A stretch of DNA of 64,000 bases from Malacoraja senta (taxonomy: Eukaryota): positions 560,001 through 624,000 of the forward strand of contig CM076001.1 in NCBI GenBank assembly GCA_038087875.1, written 5' to 3'. The notes below the pieces were generated by a model. That model made no database searches. It saw only the letters and a list, made by a program, of their open reading frames with translations, and was not told where the DNA came from. Made by a program: the position numbers and the translations under genes. Positions 61,376 to 64,000 of this stretch are shown in pieces. The stretch's first letter is position 1. Each line of letters starts with the position of its first letter.

Positions 61376-61410
61376 GGTGACGTTTCGGGTCAAGACCCTT
61401 CTTCAGACTG
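61376..61410 (-). ncRNA. Minimal hammerhead ribozyme-like motif in a short Penelope-derived repeat
   Basis: Minus strand reads CAGU-CUGAAGA-A-GGGUC(UU)GACCC-GAAAC-GUC-ACC, an intact core with a GUC triplet. Confidence 0.68.
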
Positions 61411-62744
61411 AGAGTCAGGGGAAAGGGAAATGACAGACATAGATGGTGAAGTAGAGAGATATAGAACAAAGGGGGGGGAGTGTGTTTAAATAACACAATC
61501 TGCTTGTAGCAGTATACTTGGCCTCCTGTTTCTGAGGCACAGTGCCAAAGCATCAGAGAGATTTCATCAAATCTTCCTCTGCAAAGTCTTCTAGATGCAT
61601 TGGTAGGATAAGCAAACCAATTCCATCTCAAGCATTGAGCCCTAGTCACACACTCTCAGTTCCAATGGGACAGGCTACATTCCTTGCATGTCTGAAACAT
61701 GACTCCTGAAACATAAATTATGTTCCAAGCTCCACCCTTTTCTCTAAACCTCCTTTGAAAAATGTTTCACATTCCCTATTTCCCCATTTGTCATGTGGAT
61801 GTGGCTGGCCCATGACTGCTCCAAATGGAAACCATCGTTCTCATAGAAAATGTGAAGTCTATCTCGCTGGCAGCGAGCTGAAGCCCAACGTAAAGGGCAG
61901 AAGGAACACAGCAATTCTCAAACTATCCACCCAACTGCCCCATCAACCACCTCCTGGCCACATTTGCCAAAATCGGTGATTTGCCAAAATCCTGACAGCA
62001 GGAATGGAGAAGAAGCATCCTCGATCCGAGGACTGCCTACACAACAAATACAAGGCCATTTACTGCAATGTAAATAGAACATATGGTGTGTAGGAAGGAA
62101 CAGCAAATGCTGGTTTACACTATAAATAGGCACAAAATGCTGGAGTGACTCAGCAGGACAGGCAGCACCACTGGAGAGAAGGAATGGGTGACATTTTCAG
62201 GTCGAGACCCTTCATCAAACTGAATCTATAGAACAGTAGGACACAGGAACAGAGCCTTTGGCCAACAATGACTGTGCTGAGTTTGATGCCAAGACCAACT
62301 ATTCCCTGCTGCACAAAGTCCGTATCCCTCCATTCCCTAAATCTCTTCAATGCCACTATTGTATCGGCCTCCACCACCATCCCCAGGTTGTATCGTAAGC
62401 AATGGATATCCAACACAATCTTTATTCATATCTTGTTAAACTAAAGGAGCCCATTGCACTGTACTTGCTGTACTACATTAGTACTGTGCAGTTCAATATT
62501 TTATGCACAGAACTGAAAATAACACAGCTGTTGTGTGTTGCTTGTTTACCACTGGCAATCTCCAAGTAAATAATTTAAGTTGGTAAGAGATGTAGTTAAT
62601 TATTGCTCTGGTAGAGCTATGAGAAATACTTAGTTTTTAATTTTAGTCTAATCTGATCTGTATTTATGACTACAATATCCTGTTGCAAATGCAAGAATTT
62701 CATTGTCCTATCTGGGACACATGACAGTAAACTCTCTTGACTTG

Positions 62745-64000
62745 ACTTCAAGTCAAGTGAGTTTATTGTCATGTGTCCCTGATAGGACAATGAAATTCTT
62801 GCTTTGCTTCAGCACAACAGAACATAGTAGGCATTTACTACAAGGCATTCTATAAATATATACACACATGAATCAATATACTGATAAAGTGCAAATAACA
62901 GTATTGGCTAATAAAGTTCAGTGTTATGTCTGAGCCAGGTTTAATAGCCTAATGGCTGTGGGGAAGTAGCTGTTCCTGATCCTGGTCGTTGCAGTCTTCA
63001 GGCTCCTGTACCTTCTACCTGAAGGTAGTAGGGAGATGAGTGTGTGGCCAGGATGGTGTGGGTCCTTGATGATACTGCCAGCCTTTTTGAGGCAGCGACT
63101 GTGATAGATCCCCTCGATGGAAGGGAGGTCAGAGCCGATGATGGACTGGGCAGTGTTTACTACTTTTTGTAGTCTTTTCCTCTCCAGGGCGCTCAAGTTA
63201 CCGAACCAAGCCACGATGCAACCGGTCAGCATGCTCTCTACTGTGAACCTGTAGAAGTTAGAGAGTCCTCCTTGACAAACCGACTCTCCGTAATCTTCTC
63301 AGGAAGTAGAGGCGCTGATGTGCTTTCTTAATAATGGCATCAGTGTTCTCGGACCAGGAAAGATCTTCAGAGATGTGCACGCCCAGGAATTTGAAGCTCT
63401 TGAACCTTTCAACCATCGACCTGTTGATATAAACGTGACTGTGGGTCCCCATCCTACTCCTTCCAAAAGTCCACAATCAGTTCCTTGGTTTTGCTGATGT
63501 TGAGGGCCAGGTTATTGTGCTGGCACCATATGGACAGTTGCTCGATCTCTCTTCTATACTCGGACTCATCCCCATCAGTGATACGTCCCACAACAGTGGT
63601 GTTGTCAGCGAACTCGATGATGGAGTTCGCACTATGTCCGGCTACGCAGTCATGAGTATAGAGTGAGTACAGCAGGGGGCTGAGCACGCAGCCTTGAGGT
63701 GCTCCCGTGCTAATTGTTATCAAGTCTAACACATTTCCACCAATACGAACAGACTGTGGTCTGAGAGTGAGGAAGTCGAGGATCCAATTGCAGAGGGATG
63801 CGCAGAGACCCAGTTCTGCGAGTTTGGTAACCAGCTTGGGGGGGATGATTGTGTTAAATGTCGAGCTGTAATCGATGAATAACAGCCTGACATATGAGTT
63901 TTTGTTGTCCAAGTGGTCCAGAGCAGAGTGGAGGGCCAGCGAGATCGCATCCACTGTTGATCTGTTGTGGCGGTAAGCGAACTGCAGTGGGTCCAGGTTT
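62745..64000 (-). mobile_element. Rex1/Babar LINE (RT and C-terminus), frameshifted, continuing beyond the window
   Basis: [63 protein letters not shown]. Tail GACAATAAA-(CTTGA). Confidence 0.93.

Overview
This is repeat-dominated vertebrate genomic DNA, most likely from a cartilaginous fish (skate/ray-like). That inference rests on the HE1/V-SINE-type tRNA SINEs, abundant CR1 3' ends and the Penelope/DIRS repertoire. It is not prokaryotic, and there is no CRISPR array or rRNA gene. Main contents: (1) a full-length L1 at 20921-27528 with intact ORF1 and ORF2, a poly-A tail, a 15-bp target-site duplication (TSD) and an unusually long 1.2-kb inter-ORF spacer holding a tandemly duplicated, covarying stem-loop module; (2) three DIRS1-type tyrosine-recombinase retrotransposons with recognisable termini and internal complementary regions (ICR); (3) Penelope-like elements plus about 20 short derivatives carrying a minimal hammerhead-ribozyme core, often as inverted hairpins with 9-15 bp TSDs; (4) many CR1, Rex1/Babar, Tc1, Harbinger-type MITE, probable Helitron and SINE fragments; (5) a CpG island with a ~110-bp inverted duplication; (6) one clean host exon encoding a sarcomeric myosin-II S2-like coiled coil on the minus strand, plus a possible decayed next exon; (7) a 200-N assembly gap. 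All calls were made by eye, and fragment boundaries are approximate unless a TSD or terminus is quoted.
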